A DNA stretch of 64,000 nt from Tyzzerella sp. (GCA_017416155.1 JAFQDE010000010.1:1476-65475); one strand, 5' to 3'. Counted from the stretch's first letter, positions 46,104-56,035 are shown. Translations and numbers: made by a program. Notes: generated from the letters alone by a model not told the origin.

Positions 46104-49100
46104 TTATTCAAAATATTTACCGTAACGTTCAATCATTGCAATCAACTCTTCTACTGTCAGATTTCCTTTTCCAATAGAAACTTTCAGGTATTGTCCTCCT
46201 GCAGTATCAAACATTTTTCTTGATAATTCAGCATATTGTGAAAGTTCTTCATATGTAAACAATCCATATGTTTCGATATCTCTAGCCATCGCTTCGTAAT
46301 CGTAAGTCATCGTTTCTGCCTCTACATCAAAGATATTAAACAATCCACCTACTCCACCCGGCATTGAAAGCATACCATTTACGAAGTAGCAAAGGTGTCC
46401 GGCTGTAACTGGACTCCATGCAGTTGTTGCTTGGTCTTCAAGAATAACATCCACTAACTTAACCTTTTCAAGAACATCGCCATTTTGTTTTGCAAATGTA
46501 TGTCCGATATATTGGTCTGCATTTCTGTCAAGGTATACATATTTATTCAAATCGTAATCCCAGAAACCATGTTCTGAAATAACTTTTACTTCTGTACCAT
46601 CAGAGAAGTAGAGTTTGATTACTTCATAAGTTGCTTCAGGATCATTGTCTACAAACATAATCGGTGCAGAATCCAATGAACCAGTTTCCATGTTCCATAC
46701 TAATAATTGTTCTGTGCCAGTCAGAGAATCGACACGTACTTGTGAACCGTCAGCAAGCGTGATGAGGGTATCTGGGGTAATACAATTTTTCAGTTGTTCT
46801 AAAGTACCCGAACAAAAAGCACTATACTTATATTCTTTATCTTTATTTTCTTCCACAGACCATGTATGACTGAATTTCAATTCATTTCCATTATTGTTGT
46901 CCTTAAAATAATAAGTTATAGCAATAGTTCTTGCTGAATTACCAGTATTAACCAATCCATTACTAGACGAGGCCACAAAGTATAATTTACCGTCACAAAC
47001 AACAGGCATTGCATAAACACTATTGCCAGAATGAACCGCCGTTTCATTCTTGATAGTTAATGTGAAATCATCATTATCATGAGTATAAGTCCAATAATTA
47101 TTGGTGCCATTTTGCTGCCCCTCCTCTGTAGGAGTATAATCAGACAGCGTAATCGTCTTATACTGTTGCTCGGCTACGCTCCAATATTTAATCTGAACAC
47201 CCTCCAACACAGGAGCTGCACCATGCCATGTTCCACCATAGCTGGATGCTACGCACAAACCCGCCTCATAGTTAGATGCAACCAAAGAAGGGCTTTCTTT
47301 ACTCGTCTCTGTACCAGTCACTTTATAGTGAACGATATATTCCTTATCGTTCATCGTTGCGGTCAATTTATAAGTAGTACCACCAGCCACAACCGCTACA
47401 GGAGAAGCAGGCTTAGCATTGCCGTCCACCTTGAAGTCGGTCATATTCACACCGTTTACAGATATTATCAACTTGCTGAAATCCAGAGCGTAACTATTAA
47501 GTCTGTCCAAATCCACATTCAACTCATAAATCCAACCTTCCGTACCATAAGATTTGCCCGTGGTCAATCCATCAGAAGTGTCGGAATAGTTCACCGTAAT
47601 AATGTCAGACTGCGTACTAGGAGCATATTCTCCAACTTCTTTGGTGGAGGTGTCTGTACCGTTGGTATTCTTGTAGGAATACACACAGGTGGTCAAAAGA
47701 GAATATTGAACCTCAGCCTTCCCATATGGTACAGTATCTTTGTTGGTACGATTATCTGTAACAGTTGTCGCATTAACATTGTACTCTCCATCAGCAGGCA
47801 TATAAGCAATACCCAGATTCAATGATTCATTTGTCCCATCATCATTGATATCATGGAGATATTCGGTCTTCTTCATTACCTCATCAATAATGGCCTGCCC
47901 CTCACTAGGTACATACTGTTTGTCGCCCTCGTCAACCCATGCATTTTGAACCAGAGTACCCTCCAGGGTAATCGGGGCGGCCTCGCCACCAACAGAACAC
48001 ATTACAAGAACGCTAAAGCCCATCAATTTCTTGCTGTTGTCATATGTCGAAGCGGTCGGTTTCTGCACCAATATTACGTCACGCAAGATCAAACTGTTCG
48101 CTGCGCCCACCAAAACAGAAGCAACTGCGCCGCCTTCAATACGGGAGTTGTCAATAACGCAGTTGCCACCAGACACATTTACCGCAGCACGCGCACCTGA
48201 AATTCTCGAGTTAAGAATCTGACTATTCCCAGATGCCATTACACCACTCTTTGCGTTATAGTAGCGTGTTTTACCACTTGTATCTGTTTCAGAACGATTG
48301 TCTGAACTTGTTAAATTACTTTTATACAAAGCTGCATAGTCAAAATTCGGACATACAATCTGCACATTATCTAATGTACCATTGTTCAGTATTAAAAACG
48401 CATATCCCATATCTGAAGCCGTCGAATCACTTCCACAAGTCATTGTGAAACCATTTCCATACAGTGCGTAACCATTGGAAACAGTTAGAGAACTAAATCC
48501 ACAGTCATTCAACAAAACAACATTATTCGCCGTTGCGCTAGTAGCAGTAGTTGCATTCACAGCATCCACAACCTCAACAGTTAGTTTAGTAGGCTTGCAG
48601 TAGTTGTAGTCTTGGATGGTAATAGTCACAACACCGGTGCCTTCAAATTTGATCTTACCGTCTTCCCATTTGTCGGTCGTACTCTGCGTAAATGTGCCAG
48701 ATACATTCATATTTTCATTAAGTTTTTCAATTGCAACCCAAACACCTGAAATAGAAATATCTTCAGATATTGTTTCAAAAAGAGAACCTATTGCAATCGA
48801 GTTTCCATTACCCACACGATAAAGGAAATTGCCGGTAAATTTCTTCTTAAACTTCTCTTCGGAATAACCCTCACGTTCAAGAATTTTAATATCCAAGTCA
48901 GGGTAGAGAAGTTTACCTGTACTATCTGTAGTCTGATTAAGGTTTGCACCTTCCTCCTCGGAAATCGGAATATGCTTCACGCCCCAGCCATAACCTGTGA
49001 ACAACTGATTGAAAGGCAGGTAAATATGTTCGTGATCTTCCTTGTGGTCATTTATCTGACCATCTCCATTAACATCAAAGTCCTCAATTTCGGACATATC

Positions 49101-51410
49101 ATGTGTCCAACGAGTACCATTTACAAAGTGATAGCAAGTTGCATTTTCTGTCTTATATCCTTCTCCGTTGAGTACAACATAATTGTATTTTCCTTCAGTA
49201 GGAATGGCTTGTACAGTGCCGTCAGTTGTTGTATAGGTCATATTATCATCATCAACAGCAACAACCTGTGTCAAACGACTGAACTGATAGTCGTGAGTAT
49301 AGGAAGCAATGCTATTATCAACCAATTCGCAATAATAGTAATCGTTCCATTCGTCAAAACGAACGGTACAGGCTTTTGCCGTAATCATAGTCAAATCTGG
49401 AACGGTATATCCGTCAGCATCCTCGGTCATATTGTAGTTCGTTCCAATCATCATACCTGCATAACGATACCAATAATACTGATAGTTTCCACATACATCA
49501 TTGTAAACATCTATCTTTGCAGCAACATGGCAATTATCAAAGTTCACCTCACCTTTACCACGGAACATACCCATAATACCGCCACAGGCAACATCCCAAG
49601 AACCCCAAAGTGCAGAGATCGTATTGGTATTGTCAACAGTGATGTTAGTGAAACTGAGAGTCTTTCCTTCGTCCCCGTTAGAATTACCACCAACTCCTAC
49701 GATACCACCATTGCCGGTATTGTAAACACGAGGATTACAGTGAGTAATCGCAATATTTTTAAAATTAGAATCAACTGCATAAGCAGCGATAACACCCGTA
49801 GGCGTAAATTCTCCATCTGACTCAAAGTGATCAACAGTTAAGTTTTCAATAGTTCCACCGTTTACATAGCCGAACAGTCCCATTGCATCCTTATAGTAGT
49901 TCGGTGTTCCGCTATATCCGCTATTGTAATCACCAAACATTTCCCATGTATTCTGATAGAAATTAGAGATGGTATGACCGTTACCATTAAAGGTTCCACT
50001 AAAGGAACTAACATTACTAACTACATCCTCTACGCCCACGGCATTGTTTCGATCATATTTGTCTTGGTTATTGTAATAGCCGATAGGATAAAAAATGTTG
50101 CCATTCAGGTTAATATCAGCAATCAGTTTAATTGTTTTTCCGGCAAAATCATTATCTTTGCCAACCATTTTAGAAAAACTATTCAATTGGTCGCCATTTG
50201 TAATTATCAGCTCAGTAGCATCCGCATCGTACCAAGTATCATCAGTACCTCCCTGCCAAGCATTTCCTGTATCAGCAACCAATGCAACCTCAGAAAATGT
50301 TGCCATTGCCACACTGACCGCCCCTGTATCAGAGTCATAAGTAAATTGGTTATGTGCAATAAGAGCGTCTTTGTCGGCTACCAAATTCATTTCTTGGTTA
50401 ACGCCATCCTCCACGTGAATCAAGCGATAGTTACCCATGTTCAGATACTGCGGTAAAACTTCGCCGAGATCTACAATGATTGGCACATTATTAGTGTCTG
50501 CAACTCCTTCAATATGCACATCCATAGGAATGAGAATTTCATCATTTACAACGTCAATATCACTGGTTGTGTTCTCGAGAGGCGTTACAGTAAGAGTTAA
50601 CTCGGTAATACCATTCTGCAAAACAACTCCCTCTGGAACAAAAGCAGAAACTTCTCCACCATTTAAAGTAACACCGCCTGCAGGAACCTTGCCTTCAACT
50701 GGTGTAACTGGTGCAGAAGCAGAGCCTCCTGTTAGTATTGTAGGAAATTTAGCTTCTGCATCATAATCACTGCCAAAAGAATCTTTCTCAAAAGGCGCCT
50801 GAGTTGCCAGTGCTGTAATAGTGAACTGACCTGCATCCTCGTTTTGATAGTCATTACCGGCAGAAGTAAGCATATTCATGGCCATGGTCACGATAACCTC
50901 ACCTGACGGATGCAGAGGGCTGGATTGTTCTGCTGCCAATAGGGTACCATCTGCAGTAGCACCACCATTTAATACGTTATTAAGTAAACCTATTACCTTT
51001 AGGTTCTTCAAATCTGAGCGTTGTTCTACATTTACACCGCCCTCAGCAAAGTACACGTTAATAACTTCAGCTAGTTTGCCCACACCATTCTGAGGCGTGA
51101 GAGATAACTTATAGTTAAGAGCAAGTTCACCGGCATTAACCAATTTTATGTACTTAACATCAGTGTATCCCGGCTCCCAATTATCATAGTTGAATATAGT
51201 ATTATGTCCGTCTTCTTCAACATTGCGCCATTCGCCACTATTAAGGTCGTCCGTCCAATACATTTCTAAATCCAAGTTTCCAGCTGTAATAATATTATTA
51301 CTACTAGAGATTTTGTCGCTGAACCACGCAAATGTCGTGCCAATGAGCATAGAAATGCACAACAGCAAGGCTATTACACTATGGAGCAACGAATTTTTAG
51401 TCTTCTTCAT
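46104..51410 (-). CDS. Large SipW-dependent adhesin: TasA-like N-domain, GLUG/beta-helix regions, C-terminal Hint domain plus tail
   Basis: GTTFA|WFSD, WEPGYT; FSGTFNGNGHTISN; CITPDTLITLADG..SEHGF..YFVNGMLSM. Confidence 0.85.
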   Translation of the reverse strand: MKKTKNSLLHSVIALLLCISMLIGTTFAWFSDKISSSNNIITAGNLDLEMYWTDDLNSGEWRNVEEDGHNTIFNYDNWEPGYTDVKYIKLVNAGELALNYKLSLTPQNGVGKLAEVINVYFAEGGVNVEQRSDLKNLKVIGLLNNVLNGGATADGTLLAAEQSSPLHPSGEVIVTMAMNMLTSAGNDYQNEDAGQFTITALATQAPFEKDSFGSDYDAEAKFPTILTGGSASAPVTPVEGKVPAGGVTLNGGEVSAFVPEGVVLQNGITELTLTVTPLENTTSDIDVVNDEILIPMDVHIEGVADTNNVPIIVDLGEVLPQYLNMGNYRLIHVEDGVNQEMNLVADKDALIAHNQFTYDSDTGAVSVAMATFSEVALVADTGNAWQGGTDDTWYDADATELIITNGDQLNSFSKMVGKDNDFAGKTIKLIADINLNGNIFYPIGYYNNQDKYDRNNAVGVEDVVSNVSSFSGTFNGNGHTISNFYQNTWEMFGDYNSGYSGTPNYYKDAMGLFGYVNGGTIENLTVDHFESDGEFTPTGVIAAYAVDSNFKNIAITHCNPRVYNTGNGGIVGVGGNSNGDEGKTLSFTNITVDNTNTISALWGSWDVACGGIMGMFRGKGEVNFDNCHVAAKIDVYNDVCGNYQYYWYRYAGMMIGTNYNMTEDADGYTVPDLTMITAKACTVRFDEWNDYYYCELVDNSIASYTHDYQFSRLTQVVAVDDDNMTYTTTDGTVQAIPTEGKYNYVVLNGEGYKTENATCYHFVNGTRWTHDMSEIEDFDVNGDGQINDHKEDHEHIYLPFNQLFTGYGWGVKHIPISEEEGANLNQTTDSTGKLLYPDLDIKILEREGYSEEKFKKKFTGNFLYRVGNGNSIAIGSLFETISEDISISGVWVAIEKLNENMNVSGTFTQSTTDKWEDGKIKFEGTGVVTITIQDYNYCKPTKLTVEVVDAVNATTATSATANNVVLLNDCGFSSLTVSNGYALYGNGFTMTCGSDSTASDMGYAFLILNNGTLDNVQIVCPNFDYAALYKSNLTSSDNRSETDTSGKTRYYNAKSGVMASGNSQILNSRISGARAAVNVSGGNCVIDNSRIEGGAVASVLVGAANSLILRDVILVQKPTASTYDNSKKLMGFSVLVMCSVGGEAAPITLEGTLVQNAWVDEGDKQYVPSEGQAIIDEVMKKTEYLHDINDDGTNESLNLGIAYMPADGEYNVNATTVTDNRTNKDTVPYGKAEVQYSLLTTCVYSYKNTNGTDTSTKEVGEYAPSTQSDIITVNYSDTSDGLTTGKSYGTEGWIYELNVDLDRLNSYALDFSKLIISVNGVNMTDFKVDGNAKPASPVAVVAGGTTYKLTATMNDKEYIVHYKVTGTETSKESPSLVASNYEAGLCVASSYGGTWHGAAPVLEGVQIKYWSVAEQQYKTITLSDYTPTEEGQQNGTNNYWTYTHDNDDFTLTIKNETAVHSGNSVYAMPVVCDGKLYFVASSSNGLVNTGNSARTIAITYYFKDNNNGNELKFSHTWSVEENKDKEYKYSAFCSGTLEQLKNCITPDTLITLADGSQVRVDSLTGTEQLLVWNMETGSLDSAPIMFVDNDPEATYEVIKLYFSDGTEVKVISEHGFWDYDLNKYVYLDRNADQYIGHTFAKQNGDVLEKVKLVDVILEDQATTAWSPVTAGHLCYFVNGMLSMPGGVGGLFNIFDVEAETMTYDYEAMARDIETYGLFTYEELSQYAELSRKMFDTAGGQYLKVSIGKGNLTVEELIAMIERYGKYFE
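46362..46784 (-). other. Hedgehog/intein (Hint) autoprocessing domain, residues C1543-M1683
   Basis: Block A CITPDTLITLADG, MFVD(46), H72, terminal WSPVT..YFVNGMLSM. Confidence 0.85.
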
Positions 51411-51442
51411 GTCTGTATCCCCCTTTGAATATTGCCATTACA

Positions 51443-51511
51443 GCAATCAAAAGGCACAAAAAATTCTTTATGCCCTTTGATTGCCGCCTATCCCTAGTAA
51501 ATAGAGATAGG
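51443..51511 (-). promoter_or_regulatory. Tandem stem-loop element, copy 2
   Basis: GCAATCAAAAGGCACAA...TTATGCCCTTTGATTGC adjoining CCTATCCCTA..TAGAGATAGG. Confidence 0.6.
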
Positions 51512-51553
51512 TCGGACTTATATCATCTGATTCATCAGATAAATTTTAAAGCA

Positions 51554-53557
51554 CTAAGGTTTAGCTATGTCTTCCCAACCATCGTTAGCAAGGTATCTGC
51601 CAAGTTCACCCTTGAATGTACCGCCAGTGATAGTAACATTCTCTGTGGTAGTCTTTGCATTTCCACCACCGAAAACGACATCATTATTGAATGTACCACC
51701 ATTGATAGTAACATCCACATCAGCAAAACTCTGTCCATATGAATATGAGTAGATAGATAAACCACCTGTACCATTCAGAACTCCACCATTTACAGTCAGA
51801 TTAACATCTGGAGCATCTGCTGGCTTATTGCTAGGCAGTTGAATCTGAACAGCACGAGCACCGGTAATGGTTCCGCCGTTGATTGTACAATTGATAGCAG
51901 CACTGCCGAAAGGACACAAACGGATGGCATTCTTCTGGCTTACAACCTTACCACTATTGATAATCAATTCAGCACCGGCAGAGCAGTCGATAGCAACACT
52001 AGAGCCTGAATTAGTTGTATTGATTACAGTTGCGCCGTCAATCACAAGTTTTCCAGTGTTATTGATAGTGTTGGTGCCATAACCAAAGTTAGGATCGCCA
52101 ACGCCCTCATAAGTAACTGTACCACTCTTAATCGTAAGTTCACCCTTGTTGACAATTGCACTAGATGCAGCTGCAGTTGTGTTCTTAGTAGTAATGGTGT
52201 TGCCATTTAAATCAAGTACTACTGCCTTGTCTGCTGGGACAGTAATGTTTGCTTCACCAAGGTCAACATCCGCATCTAAAATAATGTCTCCACCTTTCGC
52301 AATAGCATCTGCTAATGTAACAGCATCAGCAACCTTCTTAGCACCGAAGGTGTAAGAATACTTGCCGATAGTGATGTACTCGCCGGTCTCGTCGTTCTTA
52401 GGACCAGTGGTGGTATTAGGATCACCTTCGGTCTCATACAGACGAAGCTCAACGGTCAGAGTAGCTCCTTCCATAGCTTCCTGATTTACAGCAAATGCAC
52501 CGCAGGAGAACTCTTTAACAATGCCGCAGAGTTCTTCATAGTTCATAGTAATGCCAGCAGTTTCGAGCATACGGATAAAAGAACCAGCAGGGATAGCTAC
52601 GTCATGACCTAAAAACTCACTGAGCTCGAAAGCGAGCCAACCGGTAGAGTATGAATCATACTGACCTGCAAGACCTGCATCGTCACTGGTTATATCCTTA
52701 TCGATAGTTGCAACGAAGTCAGCATGCCAGTAGCGGTGCTCATTCATCTGAGCAGCGTCATAAGATTCTGTGGTGTTGAAAACATAACCGGTGTCAAGAG
52801 CCACGGTGTTGCCGCCAAGAGTAGTAACTACAGGCATCTTAGATAGAACGGTGGTGCGAGCAGCAGGAACGCCGTCAAACATGGCGTTTGCATCGTACTG
52901 GTTGTCGAAGCTATCGCTTTCAGAAGTGTACTGTGTAGCCATAAGGTTGATACCCAAATCAATCTGCGGTGCAACCTCACCTGTACGGTAGTTTGCTTCA
53001 TTACCTACTGTTTCAGGCATATAAACTACCAATGCAACATACTGTTCATCTGCACCTGCTTCGATGCTACCAGCCTTAGTATAACCAGTAGATAAAATAG
53101 CAGAATTAGTCACTGCGGCACGTGCAGCTGCACGGTCTGCATATGGTGTAGAAACATCGTCTATAGCACCGAACTGGATGTAATCAGAAAGGCGCAGTGC
53201 CTCACCTGCAACATTGATAGATTCGACCTCATTAACAATGTTAATACCCAACTGATATTTCAATGCAAGAGTTCCAAGATTAGAAACCTTTAAGTAAACA
53301 ACTTCTGTGTGTCCAGGTTCCCAAAGAGTGTTTTCTTCAAACACATTAGTATTAGCGGTAACTTTCTCCCAGCTATCGCCATCGTAGTATTCCAACTCAA
53401 CATCAAGATTACCGGACTTGATGATATTGTTCGTGCTGGAAACACTATCCGTAAACCAAGCGAATGTCGTTCCAATAAGCATTGCCATGCACAGAACTAG
53501 TGACAACACGCTTGATAAAAGTGCACGTTTTGTGCTTTTTTTGTTATTCATTTTCAT
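51554..53557 (-). CDS. SipW-dependent TasA-like protein with C-terminal beta-helix-like passenger
   Basis: GTTFA|WFTDSVSS..GNLDVE; WEPGHTEVVYLK; YMPETVGNEAN; repeated TINGGTF turns. Confidence 0.85.
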   Translation of the reverse strand: MKMNNKKSTKRALLSSVLSLVLCMAMLIGTTFAWFTDSVSSTNNIIKSGNLDVELEYYDGDSWEKVTANTNVFEENTLWEPGHTEVVYLKVSNLGTLALKYQLGINIVNEVESINVAGEALRLSDYIQFGAIDDVSTPYADRAAARAAVTNSAILSTGYTKAGSIEAGADEQYVALVVYMPETVGNEANYRTGEVAPQIDLGINLMATQYTSESDSFDNQYDANAMFDGVPAARTTVLSKMPVVTTLGGNTVALDTGYVFNTTESYDAAQMNEHRYWHADFVATIDKDITSDDAGLAGQYDSYSTGWLAFELSEFLGHDVAIPAGSFIRMLETAGITMNYEELCGIVKEFSCGAFAVNQEAMEGATLTVELRLYETEGDPNTTTGPKNDETGEYITIGKYSYTFGAKKVADAVTLADAIAKGGDIILDADVDLGEANITVPADKAVVLDLNGNTITTKNTTAAASSAIVNKGELTIKSGTVTYEGVGDPNFGYGTNTINNTGKLVIDGATVINTTNSGSSVAIDCSAGAELIINSGKVVSQKNAIRLCPFGSAAINCTINGGTITGARAVQIQLPSNKPADAPDVNLTVNGGVLNGTGGLSIYSYSYGQSFADVDVTINGGTFNNDVVFGGGNAKTTTENVTITGGTFKGELGRYLANDGWEDIAKP

Positions 53558-53585
53558 TTCCTCCAATTAAATCTGTCTTAACTAA

Positions 53586-54284
53586 CTAGTCTTCATCAAC
53601 AAATGCTGTTCCGGCTGTCCAGTTAACATAAGCAAACGCCTCGACTGCATTATCGCCTGTATTATCTCTTTGTAATGCATCAGCTGACACAACAATATCA
53701 AACTCATTATTGATTTCAGCCATTTCCTGTTGAGTGAACTCTGTAGGAATATTTACGTTTGTAAATAAGACCTCATCACTACCTGCCGGAAGTTCTCTGT
53801 TAAGATAGAGATACCATGTAGCCTTGTCATCTTGAACAGCCACTTCATCTTCTACCAGAAGCCATTTGCTAGTTATATCTGTCCCAACATTAGCAGCCAA
53901 GCCATAGCTAGAACCCTCAAATAACTCCGTGAAAACAAGAGAGCCACCTGCTGCTTTCCAGCCACCTGCCTTATTCAATGTTACTGCCACACGAATCCAT
54001 TGTGTATAATCACCTGTATTTGTGATTGTAGGATCCTTAGCGATATCATCACCTGGGATTACATCATAATATGTAACACCTGTAGTTGTTTCATTACCTT
54101 CAAGGTCTGTTTCTGATACTTTTACTGAAAATTCAGGATCGGTATCATTTTCACTTGTAGCAACCTTGAATGAGTTGGTAACGCTCTTGGTATCATTAAA
54201 CCAAGCCAATGTTCCCAATGATAAAATTGCAACCAAAGAAACAGCTAACGATGCAGTCAACACTTTTTTCTTATTAAGTTTCAT
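53586..54284 (-). CDS. SipW-dependent TasA-like subunit (candidate major fibre subunit)
   Basis: LGTLA|WFNDTKSVTNSF; IPGDDIAKDPTITNTG; ADALQ; strong AAGGAGG RBS. Confidence 0.8.
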   Translation of the reverse strand: MKLNKKKVLTASLAVSLVAILSLGTLAWFNDTKSVTNSFKVATSENDTDPEFSVKVSETDLEGNETTTGVTYYDVIPGDDIAKDPTITNTGDYTQWIRVAVTLNKAGGWKAAGGSLVFTELFEGSSYGLAANVGTDITSKWLLVEDEVAVQDDKATWYLYLNRELPAGSDEVLFTNVNIPTEFTQQEMAEINNEFDIVVSADALQRDNTGDNAVEAFAYVNWTAGTAFVDED

Positions 54285-54368
54285 CTCTTTATCCTCCTTT
54301 CCCTCATGATATTTATTTCAAAATCATGCTTGCCGGAATTCCAAGAAGCAAACACGATTTCAAAATCA

Positions 54369-55085
54369 CTATTTTTGTAATTCTTTGTTAAAAGCATTTA
54401 CCTTGATATAACAATCCTCACACAACTGCCCCACGCCATTGATATAATGCTTCCTTGCATCCGCCGGCAGATTAGTTAACACTCCAGTATCATTTCCACA
54501 CAGAATACATTTTTCTGTATCTGTCGAAACCTTTTCATATGATTCCTGCCGGGCTGTTTTCTGCTCATCTACAACTTCATCCTCTGCCTTCTTCTTTTTA
54601 AAGAAATCCGGTAAGAACACAATTAGAATAAGTACAAATCCAACTCCTACTGTGATATACATTCCCGGTGGATTCTGAATGAAGTCAGACACATATCCCA
54701 ATAAAGGAATGCTAAACTTCGGCACTCCGATAACATTATTAAAATGCACCGGCGAAGCATCCGCTGTATCATTTGCATCTCCTTTGGTATAGAAGTGTTG
54801 ATTTTCTTCATCCACCTCCACAACTCTATGTGTGGCCACTACCAGATTCTCGTTTAATACAAATGTAATCGGTGTTCCCACCTCTACCTCATAAGGATTC
54901 ACATCCTTTACATAGATGAGGTCTCCCACACTGTAGGTCGGTTCCATACTGCCGGATATAACATTGAACACCTGATACCCCAGTAATCTTGAGCCCATTA
55001 GGAACACGGCACATAGCACAAAAAGCCCTACTAAAAATGTAGAGCTGACATTCCATATTTTCTTTAACAAATCATTGCGTTTCAT
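54369..55085 (-). CDS. sipW: Signal peptidase I, SipW type, with C-terminal CxxC..CxxC extension
   Basis: VISGSMEP, THRV, TKGDAN..D (Ser/His type). Confidence 0.9.
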   Translation of the reverse strand: MKRNDLLKKIWNVSSTFLVGLFVLCAVFLMGSRLLGYQVFNVISGSMEPTYSVGDLIYVKDVNPYEVEVGTPITFVLNENLVVATHRVVEVDEENQHFYTKGDANDTADASPVHFNNVIGVPKFSIPLLGYVSDFIQNPPGMYITVGVGFVLILIVFLPDFFKKKKAEDEVVDEQKTARQESYEKVSTDTEKCILCGNDTGVLTNLPADARKHYINGVGQLCEDCYIKVNAFNKELQK

Positions 55086-55109
55086 CTTAGCACCTCCCCA
55101 TATCAAGCC

Positions 55110-55337
55110 TTAATAACGCACAAATGGTAAGAGAGAAAACCATAGTTTTCGCCTTTTTTTAATCCAATATTTCTGTTCTCTCCCTTTTGTCCTCCCAATT
55201 TCACTCCTTAATAATTTCAATTCTCTTTGAAATCTTAAAAGCCAATTTACAAATCTAGCCAAAATCATACATCCTAAAAACACAATAACTATCACAATGA
55301 TTACGTCTAAACCAAATGAAGCCCCTGTCTGTTCCAT
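55110..55337 (-). CDS. Small membrane protein
   Basis: One TM plus basic tail; ATG overlaps the upstream stop codon. Confidence 0.6.
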   Translation of the reverse strand: MEQTGASFGLDVIIVIVIVFLGCMILARFVNWLLRFQRELKLLRSEIGRTKGREQKYWIKKRRKLWFSLLPFVRY

Positions 55338-56035
55338 TATTGTGTCTCGCTTTCTGCCTGTTCATTTCCTCGCTGACGAGCAAGTTCCTCTTTTAGTGCC
55401 ATTAACTCTTCCATCATCTTGGCACTTTCCACACGCTCCGCCTCTATCTTTGCTCTCTCTGATTCCATCTCCTGCAGTTGTTCTCTCTTATATCTACGGA
55501 ACAATCGGATTGTATTCAGTCCTTGATAAAGAATCAGGAGCATAAAGGGTATGAAAATGCATACAAAATATCCTTGTGTTGTTTTAAGAAATGTAAAGAA
55601 GGTACCAATATTCGGAATTGCCTTTTCATATCTTCCCAGAACATAAGGGTAAGTTACGATTGTCGCATCGTCTGTATCTGTTGTTGTACCGTATGTAATA
55701 AATCCCGGATTACCGTTTGCATCTGTTGTCAAACTTCGAACTTTATGGGTGATGGTCTCTCCAAAGCTCTCCGGATTCTGCGACATGTATGTGATAATGT
55801 CACCCTCTTTGATTGTTGCAGGGTCAACTTCTTTTGCCAGAATCAAATCGCCCGCATCAAAATCAGTCTTGCTCATGGAATCGGATGTGACGATATACGC
55901 CTTGTATCCGAATAAGCTTCTGTCATTTCGATTAAATGTGGTGACTGAAATAATGGTAAATATCATCATGCATACAGCTAAAATGACAACCATCCACACT
56001 AAAATATTTTTTGCGATATTGAATACTTTTTTCAC
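55337..56035 (-). CDS. sipW: Signal peptidase I, SipW type, with coiled-coil tail
   Basis: VTSDSM, ITHKV, TYGTTT; GTG start after AAAAGGGG. Confidence 0.8.
   Translation of the reverse strand: MKKVFNIAKNILVWMVVILAVCMMIFTIISVTTFNRNDRSLFGYKAYIVTSDSMSKTDFDAGDLILAKEVDPATIKEGDIITYMSQNPESFGETITHKVRSLTTDANGNPGFITYGTTTDTDDATIVTYPYVLGRYEKAIPNIGTFFTFLKTTQGYFVCIFIPFMLLILYQGLNTIRLFRRYKREQLQEMESERAKIEAERVESAKMMEELMALKEELARQRGNEQAESETQ

Noticed and set aside
46362-46784. Hint as a true splicing intein or polymorphic-toxin pretoxin Hint
   Set aside because: No terminal His-Asn/Gln with +1 Cys/Ser/Thr, no endonuclease, and no recognisable toxin domain or immunity gene after it.
47079-51093. Long plus-strand ORFs (e.g. 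47079..47825, 48972..49820) and other antisense ORFs in the track
   Set aside because: They are shadows of well-supported opposite-strand genes, with no RBS or motifs.
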